IMG/VR virus record: IMGVR_UViG_3300047090_000093
Location: 1 to 56,251 of that record
Origin: a virus
Lineage: Duplodnaviria > Caudoviricetes
Length of the DNA stretch: 56,251 nt
Strand: one strand, 5' to 3'
Shown here piece by piece: positions 36,909-45,655 of the stretch. The position numbers and the translations under genes were made by a program. How positions within the stretch are numbered: position 1 is the first letter of the stretch; each line of letters starts with the position of its first letter. The notes below the pieces were generated by a model. That model saw nothing but the letters and a program-made list of their open reading frames with translations, was not told where the DNA came from and ran no database searches.

Positions 36909-37186
36909 ACATTTGGGCGGATGTGCAAGTTGCTAATTCTATCGCGATTGGACACATCAAAGCGCGCGTTGATGCAGACAAAAGGCGTTATCCTATGAAG
37001 GACTACCGCGACGACCATTCCAAGTATGGCGAAGCCAAAGACCTCATTCCCAAACAACAAATTATGAACGATCTGCATCAGTCTATGACAGACTACAGCG
37101 CGACCACTGGAAAGCAATCGATACCGCCATGACACCATTCGAACACCATCCCGATCCAGTCGAGACAGAGGAAATAGGAGCCTAAC

Positions 37187-37657
37187 GTGGCCGAAAGCAT
37201 GAAGTCCCTCTACCGGCGCGGCGCAATCTCCGGCAATCAAATGCGCAAGATGGGCGGCCATCGCGAGCCCGACGCGGACGATCGCAGAAACGGAGGCAAG
37301 CCTGCTATCCTGCGCAAAACGACATCCCAACGCGGCAGGATGACCGACTTCGACGGCAAGGCCGGCAAACGTGACCAAGGCGGCGTTCGTGACCGCGGCG
37401 CAGTGCCGGGCAATGAGATAAATCACCCAACCAATCAGCGAGCCGGCGCGATGCCCTCCCGAGGCGCACGCGTCAACAAGGGTGGGCAGCCGAGCGTCCG
37501 GCACATAGATGAGGATCAGAATCCCAAATTTCCCTCGGGTGCCAGCGTAAAAAAAAACGCTAGGCCGGTAGGACGCCAGGGCCTCGGCGGCACGTCGCCT
37601 GGCTTGCGGAGTTCGGGGCCACAGTATGGCGGGCCGTCATCGCGGAAATACGGCTGA
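37187..37657 (+). CDS. basic disordered protein
   Basis: R/G/K-rich, AGGAG SD. Confidence 0.65.
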   Translation: MAESMKSLYRRGAISGNQMRKMGGHREPDADDRRNGGKPAILRKTTSQRGRMTDFDGKAGKRDQGGVRDRGAVPGNEINHPTNQRAGAMPSRGARVNKGGQPSVRHIDEDQNPKFPSGASVKKNARPVGRQGLGGTSPGLRSSGPQYGGPSSRKYG

Positions 37658-37664
37658 GGGCACG

Positions 37665-37853
37665 ATGGATAATGAGATTGTGCATATCGAACAGCGCTGG
37701 TGTGTTGTTTTCAGCAGCGGCGTGATCACCTGCCACTCAAAAGAAGAGGCGCTGGAATTGCTGGCAACCGTCAACTTTGTTGACGGCAAGCAGTGGACGC
37801 CAAAACAAATAGCTGAAATGCACAGCGCGCGGAACGAAGCGGGACGCCGCTGA
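37665..37853 (+). CDS. hypothetical protein
   Basis: 62 aa, GAGGG SD. Confidence 0.5.
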   Translation: MDNEIVHIEQRWCVVFSSGVITCHSKEEALELLATVNFVDGKQWTPKQIAEMHSARNEAGRR

Positions 37854-37906
37854 TGTCAGGCTTCGGCGTCGCCCCTCTAAGGCAATCGAACGGCGAGGAT
37901 TCATCA

Positions 37907-38152
37907 ATGCCATGGAACTCGAAATCGTTCGCGAGCCGTCATAATCACGCCCTCTCCGGTGCCGGAGCCGCCAAGGCCGCCTCGGTCGCGAACGCGATCC
38001 TTCGGGATAGCGGTGACGAGGGCAAGGCCATCCGGATTGCAAACTCCAAGGTCAAGGGCATGCGCAAGAGGGGCCGTATCTCGGACAAGGCACACGCCAA
38101 GCATAGCTCGGGGCTCGACGGTGAGCGGGATGTGGACGCGGCTACCGCTTGA
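37907..38152 (+). CDS. small basic protein
   Basis: MPWNSKSF..ANAILR..DEGKAIRIAN. Confidence 0.65.
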   Translation: MPWNSKSFASRHNHALSGAGAAKAASVANAILRDSGDEGKAIRIANSKVKGMRKRGRISDKAHAKHSSGLDGERDVDAATA

Positions 38153-38162
38153 ATATCTATCA

Positions 38163-38254
38163 CGCACCGCACCGCGTCGCGTCGCTCAGCATCGCGTCGC
38201 TCAGCATCGCAACGCACCGCGTCGCACCGCAACGTTTCGCGTCGCTCCGCAACG
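38163..38254 (+). repeat. pentamer-phased CGC-NN array 1 (18 units)
   Basis: 15 of 18 units start CGC (others AGC x2, CGT); variable dinucleotides; ends CGCAACG. Confidence 0.9.
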
Positions 38255-38270
38255 TTCTTATTCATTCAAA

Positions 38271-38391
38271 TTCCCTAGCCACTACTAGGGAGAGCGATGA
38301 AGATGAATCCCGAGACTCCATCGTCTCCGGGTGATGCTTCATCGAGCATGAAGTGTCCCCTGACAAATCGCTCCGGGCGTAGTGGGCTCGG
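38271..38391 (+). ncRNA. structured RNA between array 1 and the RAMP-like gene
   Basis: pairings AGCCACTAC/GTAGTGGGCT, GAGCGAT/ATCGCTC, CGATGAAG/CTTCATCG and CCCGAGAC/GTCTCCGGG. Confidence 0.5.
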
Positions 38392-38396
38392 AGACG

Positions 38397-39002
38397 ATGG
38401 AGAACTTCGCAATGAAAATTGTTACAGCGCATCTCAAAAGCATATCACCCTATTCACAGGCGAAGCACTACGAAGTAGAAAAGTTACAAGGTGAGTCGCA
38501 CGACGACTATTACCGCCGCACTTGGCGCAATCATATGCACGCCGACGGCAACGGAATGACGTTCATCTCTCCAGGAGCATTCAAAAACTGCCTATCAGAA
38601 TCCGCTTTATTCATGTCCATCCCTGTTCCTGGAGGAGGAAAGGCGAAGTACACCAAGAATTTCGAGGCCGGCGTAATGGTAATTACGCCAGTGCCGCTTG
38701 GTGTGCACCGAGACAAAGTCGAATGCGAATGCCTGTTTTTGCCTTCGGACGGAAAACGTGGCGGGTCGAAACGGGTCAATAAATATTATCCATTCTTTCC
38801 CAAATGGGAGGCGTCCGTCGAGTTTGTGATTGTGGACGATACGGTGTTGCAATCGTCAGTAATCGATAAGTCCAAGACCGTATTCGAGCAAGTTCTTATC
38901 GGGGCTGGTCAGTTTATTGGTATCGGTCGGTTTAGACCTCGCAAAAATGGATGGTATGGAAGATTCTCGGTGGAGAGCATTAAAATCGAGCAAGGAGTGT
39001 AA
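38397..39002 (+). CDS. stand-alone RAMP/Cas7-like protein
   Basis: N-terminal strand 'AHLKSISPY', 'ISPGAFKNCL' helix, C-terminal Gly-rich loop 'AGQFIGIGRFRPRKNGWYGRFSV'. Confidence 0.65.
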   Translation: MENFAMKIVTAHLKSISPYSQAKHYEVEKLQGESHDDYYRRTWRNHMHADGNGMTFISPGAFKNCLSESALFMSIPVPGGGKAKYTKNFEAGVMVITPVPLGVHRDKVECECLFLPSDGKRGGSKRVNKYYPFFPKWEASVEFVIVDDTVLQSSVIDKSKTVFEQVLIGAGQFIGIGRFRPRKNGWYGRFSVESIKIEQGV

Positions 39003-39005
39003 CCT

Positions 39006-39509
39006 GTGCCCGATTTCAAGCAATCGCGCGAAAGTCAGATTATATATGATCTCTTTCGCAACATCCGCAATAGAGACCCGGCGCTGATCACTTGGGACGA
39101 GTTGCTGGAGGCAACGGGGAAACAGCGCCGCACCCAGATTGCCGGCGCAATCATGACGGCAACTCGCCGCGCTAGAAAAGACGATCAACTTGTCATCGAA
39201 TGTGATCGAGGACTCGGATATCGGCTGCGTATAGACAAAGAATTATCCATCAGTGGACAACGAGCAATCGATCGGTCTCGACGTATCCAACGGACGGGAC
39301 TACAAAAGATGGATTGTGCGGACATCAGCAAACTCGATGCTGAGAACAAAGCAATTCACAATGTTCGCAAAAGTGTGCTTGAACTTGGAATGCTCACGAC
39401 CCGCCCGAGGACGGTGGCAAGCGTCACGCAGATGGTTATGCGGAAACATAATCAGCTTGACGAGCAAGAGTTGCTAGCAGCCGCCAAAGAAGCTCTGAGC
39501 CGCCGGTAA
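39006..39509 (+). CDS. winged-HTH-like protein associated with the RAMP-like gene
   Basis: ITWDELLEATG...IECDRGLGYRL (helix plus wing); AAGGAG SD. Confidence 0.6.
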   Translation: MPDFKQSRESQIIYDLFRNIRNRDPALITWDELLEATGKQRRTQIAGAIMTATRRARKDDQLVIECDRGLGYRLRIDKELSISGQRAIDRSRRIQRTGLQKMDCADISKLDAENKAIHNVRKSVLELGMLTTRPRTVASVTQMVMRKHNQLDEQELLAAAKEALSRR

Positions 39510-39529
39510 TAACTACTACACTGCGGCGC

Positions 39530-39636
39530 CGCAACTTGACGCTGCGCGCCGCAGTGCCGCACCCCGCAGCGCATCTCGCCGCATCGCCGCACCCCGCCGC
39601 GCATCGCGACGCTTCGCTCTGCAACTCAACGCAACG
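39530..39636 (+). repeat. pentamer-phased CGC-NN array 2 (21 units)
   Basis: 14 of 21 units start CGC (others TGC, CAC, CTC, CTT); ends CAACTCAACGCAACG. Confidence 0.85.
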
Positions 39637-39650
39637 AATTATGAGCGTCT

Positions 39651-39930
39651 CCGTGATCCGCACTCGACGTAAGAGGCGAAAGTTCATGTGGTCCCTCCAT
39701 CAATTATGGCTTCGCTGGAAATATTGGCGCGCCACAATTCGTAATGGTCACAAGTTTCACGGGTCGGTATGGAGATGGCTACTCAATTGGCCGTGATCCG
39801 CACTCGACGTAAGAGGCGAAAGTTCATGTGGTCCCTCCATCAATTATGGCTTCGCTGGAAATATTGGCGCGCCACAATTCGTAATGGTCACAAGTTTCAC
39901 GGGTCGGTATGGAGATGGCTACTCAATTGG
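39651..39930. repeat. exact 140-bp tandem duplication
   Basis: 39651-39790 is identical to 39791-39930. Confidence 0.95.
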
Positions 39931-40000
39931 GAGATACCAATCAATTATAAGTTGCTGAAAAGCGACCCCGATTATGAGCGTCGATTAATGGCATTTAAGC

Positions 40001-41752
40001 ATGAGCAACCGCCGCCCTCTTGAGCTTGATCTACATCTGCATCCCAAACAGTGGATAGCATTCGAGACCGGGGCAACAGAGGTTCTATTCGGCGGCGCGG
40101 CCGGTGGCGGAAAATCGATGTGCATGCGTATTGCTGGCGTCGTTTGGGGCGCCGCAATTCCAGGACTGCAAATCTATCTCTTCCGCCGCAGCCGTCTTGA
40201 TCTGATCAAGAATCACATGGAGGGCCCCAACGGCTTTCGCGCGCTATTGGCTGGATGGGCTAACAGTGGCTTCTGTTCGGTCATCGAGGACGAGATTCGC
40301 TTCTGGAACGGAAGCAAGATTTATCTTTGCCACTGCAAAGACGAAAAGGATATCTACCGCTACCAGGGCGCCGAGATTCACGTTCTATTGATGGATGAAC
40401 TTACCCATTTTTCGTCCACAATGTACCGATTTCTCCGCAATCGCGTCCGCATGGTCGGAATTGATCTGCCGTCTCAATATGCCGGTCGGTTTCCTCGCAT
40501 CTTTGCGAGTGCAAACCCAGGAAACATCGGACATCTGTGGGTCAAGGAAACATTCATCGCGGGCGTGCAGCCTTTAGTTGCCCGTTTGATGCCCGCCTCT
40601 GAAGGCGGAATGATCCGCCAATTCATCCCCGCTCGGTTGGAAGACAACCCGAGCATGATGCAGGACGATCCCGGCTATGAACAGCGCCTTGAAGGTTTGG
40701 GCTCGGAAGCTCTCGTCAAGGCGATGCGGTACGGCGATTGGGATGTTGTCGATGGCGCCTTCTTCGACTGTTGGCGCAATGACAAGCACGTTATCCCGCC
40801 GTTCTCTATTCCGCCGGATTGGCTGCGCTTTCGCAGCGGTGACTGGGGTTCGGCTTCTCCCGCAAGTATTGGATGGTGGGCAGTCGTCCAAGATGATTTC
40901 GAAATCCCCGCTGTGGGTGATCGACTTGGAAGGCGGCGATTTCATCAAGACCACGCACCCAATAGATGCTTGGACCCAATTGGAGAAATTGGCGAGGACG
41001 GCGCCGCGGTGCAGGCCGGTATCGTGCTCCGTCGAGGCTCCCTCGAAGACGAACCGGATATTTCAGGACGACGACTTGACTTACAACGGGCTGATCATCC
41101 GGGACAGCGCAACGGGGAATCCGATCGACTTGGGATGGAACACGCCGGACGAGGAGGCTTGATCCTCCGTCGCGGCTCTCTCATCCGCTATCGTGAGGAT
41201 TACATCTCCTGCGGCCCCAACAAGGGCCTAAAGCTCACCGCCGAACAAGTCGCAGACCGCATCATCGAGCGGGAGGCGAAAGACCCGAAGCTGTCTTACG
41301 GTGTCCTTGACCCTTCCGCATTCAAACAAGACGGCGGCCCCTCGATCGCCGAGCGCATCAACGGCAAACTGGTCAAGGCAGAGCTCGCCGCCTTCCGTCC
41401 TGCGGACAATGCACGCGTCAGCAGGATCGCCGGCCATGGCGGCGGCCCCATGAGCGGCTGGGATGTGGTTCGATCAAGGATGATCGGAACGGGCACCGCG
41501 GTCGATCCCGATCCCATGATTTTCTGGTTTTCGACCTGCGTCGATTCCATCCGCACGATCCCGGTCCTGCAGCACGACATTCATCAGCCCGAGGATGTGG
41601 ACAAGAACGCAGAAGACCATTCGGCTGACGATGCTCGGTACGCTTGTCTGAGCCGGCCCTACACCAAGACGAAGCTCGTGCCGGAAGCGCCGAAGGATGC
41701 CTATCGGCCTCCGAGCGAGACGATTCCGATGGACAGTTGGAAAACGCTCTAA
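40001..41752 (+). CDS. terL: terminase large subunit with insertion in the nuclease domain
   Basis: Walker A GGAAGGGKS, Walker B LLMDELT, ASANPG, DWG, EDHSADDARY. Confidence 0.93.
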   Translation: MSNRRPLELDLHLHPKQWIAFETGATEVLFGGAAGGGKSMCMRIAGVVWGAAIPGLQIYLFRRSRLDLIKNHMEGPNGFRALLAGWANSGFCSVIEDEIRFWNGSKIYLCHCKDEKDIYRYQGAEIHVLLMDELTHFSSTMYRFLRNRVRMVGIDLPSQYAGRFPRIFASANPGNIGHLWVKETFIAGVQPLVARLMPASEGGMIRQFIPARLEDNPSMMQDDPGYEQRLEGLGSEALVKAMRYGDWDVVDGAFFDCWRNDKHVIPPFSIPPDWLRFRSGDWGSASPASIGWWAVVQDDFEIPAVGDRLGRRRFHQDHAPNRCLDPIGEIGEDGAAVQAGIVLRRGSLEDEPDISGRRLDLQRADHPGQRNGESDRLGMEHAGRGGLILRRGSLIRYREDYISCGPNKGLKLTAEQVADRIIEREAKDPKLSYGVLDPSAFKQDGGPSIAERINGKLVKAELAAFRPADNARVSRIAGHGGGPMSGWDVVRSRMIGTGTAVDPDPMIFWFSTCVDSIRTIPVLQHDIHQPEDVDKNAEDHSADDARYACLSRPYTKTKLVPEAPKDAYRPPSETIPMDSWKTL

Positions 41753-41764
41753 CAATATGACGCA

Positions 41765-42055
41765 ATGAAGTCCATCCCCCGCCCTCCCGACGCCCCCCTT
41801 CAGTCCCTCGCCCGCCTCATCAATCATCGCCTCGCCAACATTGGCGCTTCCGTCAATTTCTACCGCATCGAGCATCCCGATCAGCGCATCGACACCGGGA
41901 TCATATTTTCATGCGGACCACGGCGCGCGAACGTGGTCACGCAAACCCCGCTCGGTGAGGCCGACGCAGACGATATCGTGGCGAATGTGAATGCTTGGGT
42001 CGCGGAGCTGCGGCCAGAATCGAAATGGACGACTGATCCTAACGAGGCTTCGTAA
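41765..42055 (+). CDS. hypothetical protein
   Basis: 96 aa downstream of terL. Confidence 0.6.
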   Translation: MKSIPRPPDAPLQSLARLINHRLANIGASVNFYRIEHPDQRIDTGIIFSCGPRRANVVTQTPLGEADADDIVANVNAWVAELRPESKWTTDPNEAS

Positions 42056-42258
42056 TGGAAAAGTGGTCTCGCGACGAATTGGATTACATTGTAAAACGCA
42101 CGCTCGATCCTTCCACTTTGCCGCCCGGAATGCTTGACCAGATGAAGGCGGCGAAGGTCGGACCATTTGCCCATAGTGAGGCAGAATGGCAAGCGGCATT
42201 CGGAAAGATATTCGGCCGGGAGGCAGTAGACCGAAGTTTGACAAAGTGGCCCCGTTGA
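42055..42258 (+). CDS. hypothetical protein
   Basis: 67 aa, TAATG coupling. Confidence 0.55.
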   Translation: MEKWSRDELDYIVKRTLDPSTLPPGMLDQMKAAKVGPFAHSEAEWQAAFGKIFGREAVDRSLTKWPR

Positions 42259-42518
42259 TCCGCCTCCGCGCCATCGCTCTCTCGACCGTCTCCGGCATCA
42301 CGCTCCGCAACGTACTGCCCGAGATTCACGATCTAACGCTCCAGACCATCAGGCTCAGAGCCGGGCTGCGGCTCGGCGTCGTACAGGTGTTTCCGGCATG
42401 AGAAAGCATCCGATCGTAGATTTGATGGAGCGCGATCCCTCATTAAATGTTTATTATGCGGGGTTTGTCGTCTATGGACGTTGGATTTCATTGGAGGAAG
42501 CAAAGGAACTATTCCCCG

Positions 42519-42851
42519 ATGACAAAACGCATGAAAACGAAAAACGCTAAACCAGAAAACAACGGCGCCGCGTCTGAACCCCGCACCCTCACCACGAGTC
42601 GTGTGATCGATGCCGCCTGGCGCTCCATCATGGAACAGACCATCCCGCCCGAGACGCATGCCGATCTGGTCAAGACTTACAAGCGATTTTTCTATGCGGG
42701 CGCCAAGGCGCTGATCGATTCGTTCGTCTATTCCGACATGCTTGACGAAGATGATCCGACCTATGCGACCGAGCGTGATGTCGATCGCGTCGATGCGATC
42801 TTGCACGAGATCAATGCGTATTTTGTGGAGGTAGCGGCGGGGCGGCAATGA
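42519..42851 (+). CDS. hypothetical protein
   Basis: AAGGA SD; KRFFYAGA motif. Confidence 0.65.
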   Translation: MTKRMKTKNAKPENNGAASEPRTLTTSRVIDAAWRSIMEQTIPPETHADLVKTYKRFFYAGAKALIDSFVYSDMLDEDDPTYATERDVDRVDAILHEINAYFVEVAAGRQ

Positions 42852-43048
42852 GCATGGATTTGCGAAAATACCCAACGAATGTTCTTCAGCATGTATCGGC
42901 GATCATCCATGCCGACGTTGGCCAGGTTGTGCAGGTAAAGGTTGAATGCGTCGATCAAGCCAACAATCTCATTCGTGATATTCGTAAAATTCTCAATGGA
43001 GTCATACCGGAAGAGATCGATGCTGAAATCAGACGACGGGCGAATTGA
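42848..43048 (+). CDS. hypothetical protein
   Basis: 66 aa, ATGA overlap. Confidence 0.55.
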   Translation: MSMDLRKYPTNVLQHVSAIIHADVGQVVQVKVECVDQANNLIRDIRKILNGVIPEEIDAEIRRRAN

Positions 43049-43186
43049 GGGATGCCCGATGAGGGGCGACAATGAAACGATTCCCACGAATTAGGCCGGG
43101 GCAAAAACCAATTTTTCGACTTGATTCGAAAACTGGAAAACTGTGGGTTATCTGGTTGATGGTTTCAAAGCGGATCAATAAGCGCC

Positions 43187-43414
43187 GTGCCTGATCCAAA
43201 CTCCCTTCGCGTGATGTCCGCCATCGACCGCATGCCCAAGGGCTTCCGCGCCCTCGTCCATGAGTTCGGCGCCGTCATTGTCGACAAGATGATGGCGGAC
43301 GGATACTCGGACCCGGGTGAGCTGCGGACCGTGCTGGAAGGCTGGCGCGAGCGGCGACAGGAAGAGTGGCTTAGGACGGATTATCTGATTCGGCGCAGAA
43401 CGTTCGATGAGTGA
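43187..43414 (+). CDS. hypothetical protein
   Basis: MSAIDRMPKGFRALVHEFG. Confidence 0.6.
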   Translation: MPDPNSLRVMSAIDRMPKGFRALVHEFGAVIVDKMMADGYSDPGELRTVLEGWRERRQEEWLRTDYLIRRRTFDE

Positions 43415-43595
43415 CGTTCAAGCCAATTGGCTCGCGGTTGCCGTTACGGGCCTCGTGTGGTGTTCGATCATCGTGGGGGCTTATGCGCGGCTTGAAGAGG
43501 CGAGGGCGCTAGAGCCTGTGACGCAAGAACATGGTGAGGCGGTGCGTATTGGAGCTGATCATCCCGATTCTCGTGCTTTGATGGACTTGCATTAA
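43407..43595 (+). CDS. small membrane protein
   Basis: one TM, coupled to the portal gene. Confidence 0.5.
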   Translation: MSDVQANWLAVAVTGLVWCSIIVGAYARLEEARALEPVTQEHGEAVRIGADHPDSRALMDLH

Positions 43596-45655
43596 TGCCC
43601 CTCCCGTCTAAAGGCTCCAATTTTGTCTCGCGTGACGGGACGCTCGGCTACTGGTCGACGAACGCGCCGGATGATTTCGATTTTTCCGGGGGAGACGACG
43701 GCTTCTGGCCGGTAAGCAGGCTTAGGCAACAATATATTGATTATCTGACTGCATGTGTTCAAGAGTACGAGGAGGCCAAGCAGTCGCGCCACATGTACCA
43801 TGGAGCTCAATGGAGTCCCGAAGAAATCGAAATTCTCCGCAAGCGCCGCCAGCCCATCATCACCGATAACCAGATCAACCGAAAGATCGATAGCGTCGCC
43901 GGCCTTGTGACGCGGTTGAGGCAAGACCCGAAAGCTTTCCCGCGCAATCCCAAGAATGCGGACGGCGCCGAGATCGCCACGCAAGCGGTGCGGTCGGTGC
44001 TAGAAGGCAATCAATGGAAATTTCTGGATGGCGCATGCGCTACGCAAGCCGGCATCGAGGGCATCGCCGGGATCGAGTTGAAGCTGATCGAGGGCGATCA
44101 CGACGACCCCGATGTGGCAATGGAAATCGTGTATGGGGATGATTTCTTCCACGATCCCCGCGATATCAAGCCTCAAGTGCTCGGGCGATTCCACGGGCTC
44201 GCGAAGTGGCTCGACGTAGAAGAGGCGATCGAGCTTTTTCCCGACAAGGAGGAAGAACTTAGGACGCTGATGGTGGAGACCGGCTTCGATCTCACCACGC
44301 ATGCCGATCGCGAGTACAAGTGGATTTACGTCAACGAAAAGCGGCTGCGTCTCGTCGAACACTGGTATATTCATGATGGGATGTGGTATTGGGCATTCTA
44401 TTGCTCGATGCTTTTGCTGGCGCAAGGTGTATCGCCGTTCCTAGACGAGCGCGGCAAGCCAATGTCCCGGTTCGTTATGTTCCGCGCGAACATCGATCAC
44501 GACGGCGATGCCTATGGCCTTGTCCGCACTCTGAAGGGCATGCAGGACGAAGTGAATCAACGGCGCAGCAAGGCGCTGTTTCTGTCGAATGTGACCAAGT
44601 TGACCGGGCAGAAAGGCGCGGTCGATAGCGTCGAGGTCGCGCGCCGAGAGAATGCGCGACCAGACGGGTATATCGAATACAACATGGGTTTTGAGCCGCC
44701 CGCGGCCGATCCCAACAAGGCCGCCGATCTCGCCAATCAACTGGCGCTGATGCAGGATGCCAGGCAGCAAATCCAGTCCTATATCAATGTAAACCCGACC
44801 TTGATGGCGCAGGATGACCAGCATTCCGGCGTCGCCATCAATTACATGCAAAAGGCTGGAACGGCTGAGCTAGGGTCTTTCCTCCGCAATTACTGTGCCT
44901 GGAAACTCCGGGTCTACAAAGCGATCTGGAATATCGTTTCGCGGACTTGGCAAGCCGATCGCTGGATTCGCGTGACTGACAATCAAGGGCTCCCACAATT
45001 TTTTCAGATCAACGGCATGGAATTGGATGAATGGGGCCAGCCCGTCATCATCAATGCGATAGGTCAATTGAACGTCGAGATATCGATGGACGAGGGGCCT
45101 GATGTCGCAAACCTCATGCAGGACGCCTACGAGATCATCAAGGATGATCCGACCATCCCGTGGAGCATCAAGCTCGAATTCATGCCGATGCCGGCGGCAA
45201 TGAAGAAGTCGATCGAGCAGAAGCTGCAGCAGCAAGCGCAGAGCCAGCCGCCCGATCCGAAGCTGCAAGCCGTCCAGCTCAAGGCGCAATCCGACGAACG
45301 CTCGGCGCAACTCAAGTTTCAGCAGGATCAGCAGAAGGGTGCCGCCGAAGTCCAGCGTGCGAACGTGCAGGCAGAAGCGGAAAAATTCAATGCGCAACAG
45401 GACGCGCTTGCGCGGACGCAGGACCAGCAAGCCGCCCGCGAACAGCACGCGCAAGACCTCCGCATGGAAATGATGCGCGTCGAAGCGGAGCGCGAGAAGA
45501 TCAGAATGCAGATCGAGCAGGCCAGACAGGAGCATGAGTTCGCGATGGCAGAACTGCAGCGGCAACATCAGACGAAACAAGCCGAGCATGCGGCCAAGCG
45601 CAAGGCTGCGGCGATGCAGGCGCGGCGACGGCCTGCAGCAGCGGCGGCACGATGA
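43595..45655 (+). CDS. P22-like portal protein
   Basis: YHGAQW..LRKRRQP..NQINRKID; GLVRTLKGMQDEVNQRRSK; C-terminal Q-rich coiled-coil barrel. Confidence 0.9.
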   Translation: MPLPSKGSNFVSRDGTLGYWSTNAPDDFDFSGGDDGFWPVSRLRQQYIDYLTACVQEYEEAKQSRHMYHGAQWSPEEIEILRKRRQPIITDNQINRKIDSVAGLVTRLRQDPKAFPRNPKNADGAEIATQAVRSVLEGNQWKFLDGACATQAGIEGIAGIELKLIEGDHDDPDVAMEIVYGDDFFHDPRDIKPQVLGRFHGLAKWLDVEEAIELFPDKEEELRTLMVETGFDLTTHADREYKWIYVNEKRLRLVEHWYIHDGMWYWAFYCSMLLLAQGVSPFLDERGKPMSRFVMFRANIDHDGDAYGLVRTLKGMQDEVNQRRSKALFLSNVTKLTGQKGAVDSVEVARRENARPDGYIEYNMGFEPPAADPNKAADLANQLALMQDARQQIQSYINVNPTLMAQDDQHSGVAINYMQKAGTAELGSFLRNYCAWKLRVYKAIWNIVSRTWQADRWIRVTDNQGLPQFFQINGMELDEWGQPVIINAIGQLNVEISMDEGPDVANLMQDAYEIIKDDPTIPWSIKLEFMPMPAAMKKSIEQKLQQQAQSQPPDPKLQAVQLKAQSDERSAQLKFQQDQQKGAAEVQRANVQAEAEKFNAQQDALARTQDQQAAREQHAQDLRMEMMRVEAEREKIRMQIEQARQEHEFAMAELQRQHQTKQAEHAAKRKAAAMQARRRPAAAAAR

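Noticed and set aside
37945-38334. ORFs crossing array 1 (e.g. RCDAVRCDAERRDAERR)
   Set aside because: Low-complexity translations of the pentamer repeat, open in several frames without clear RBS; treated as non-coding
38163-39636. Classical CRISPR array
   Set aside because: No 23-50-bp repeats with unique spacers and no cas1/cas2; the period is 5 nt
40900-41170. Intein or intron in terL
   Set aside because: No C/S...HN-C/S/T splice motifs, no homing endonuclease and no recognisable group I/II core
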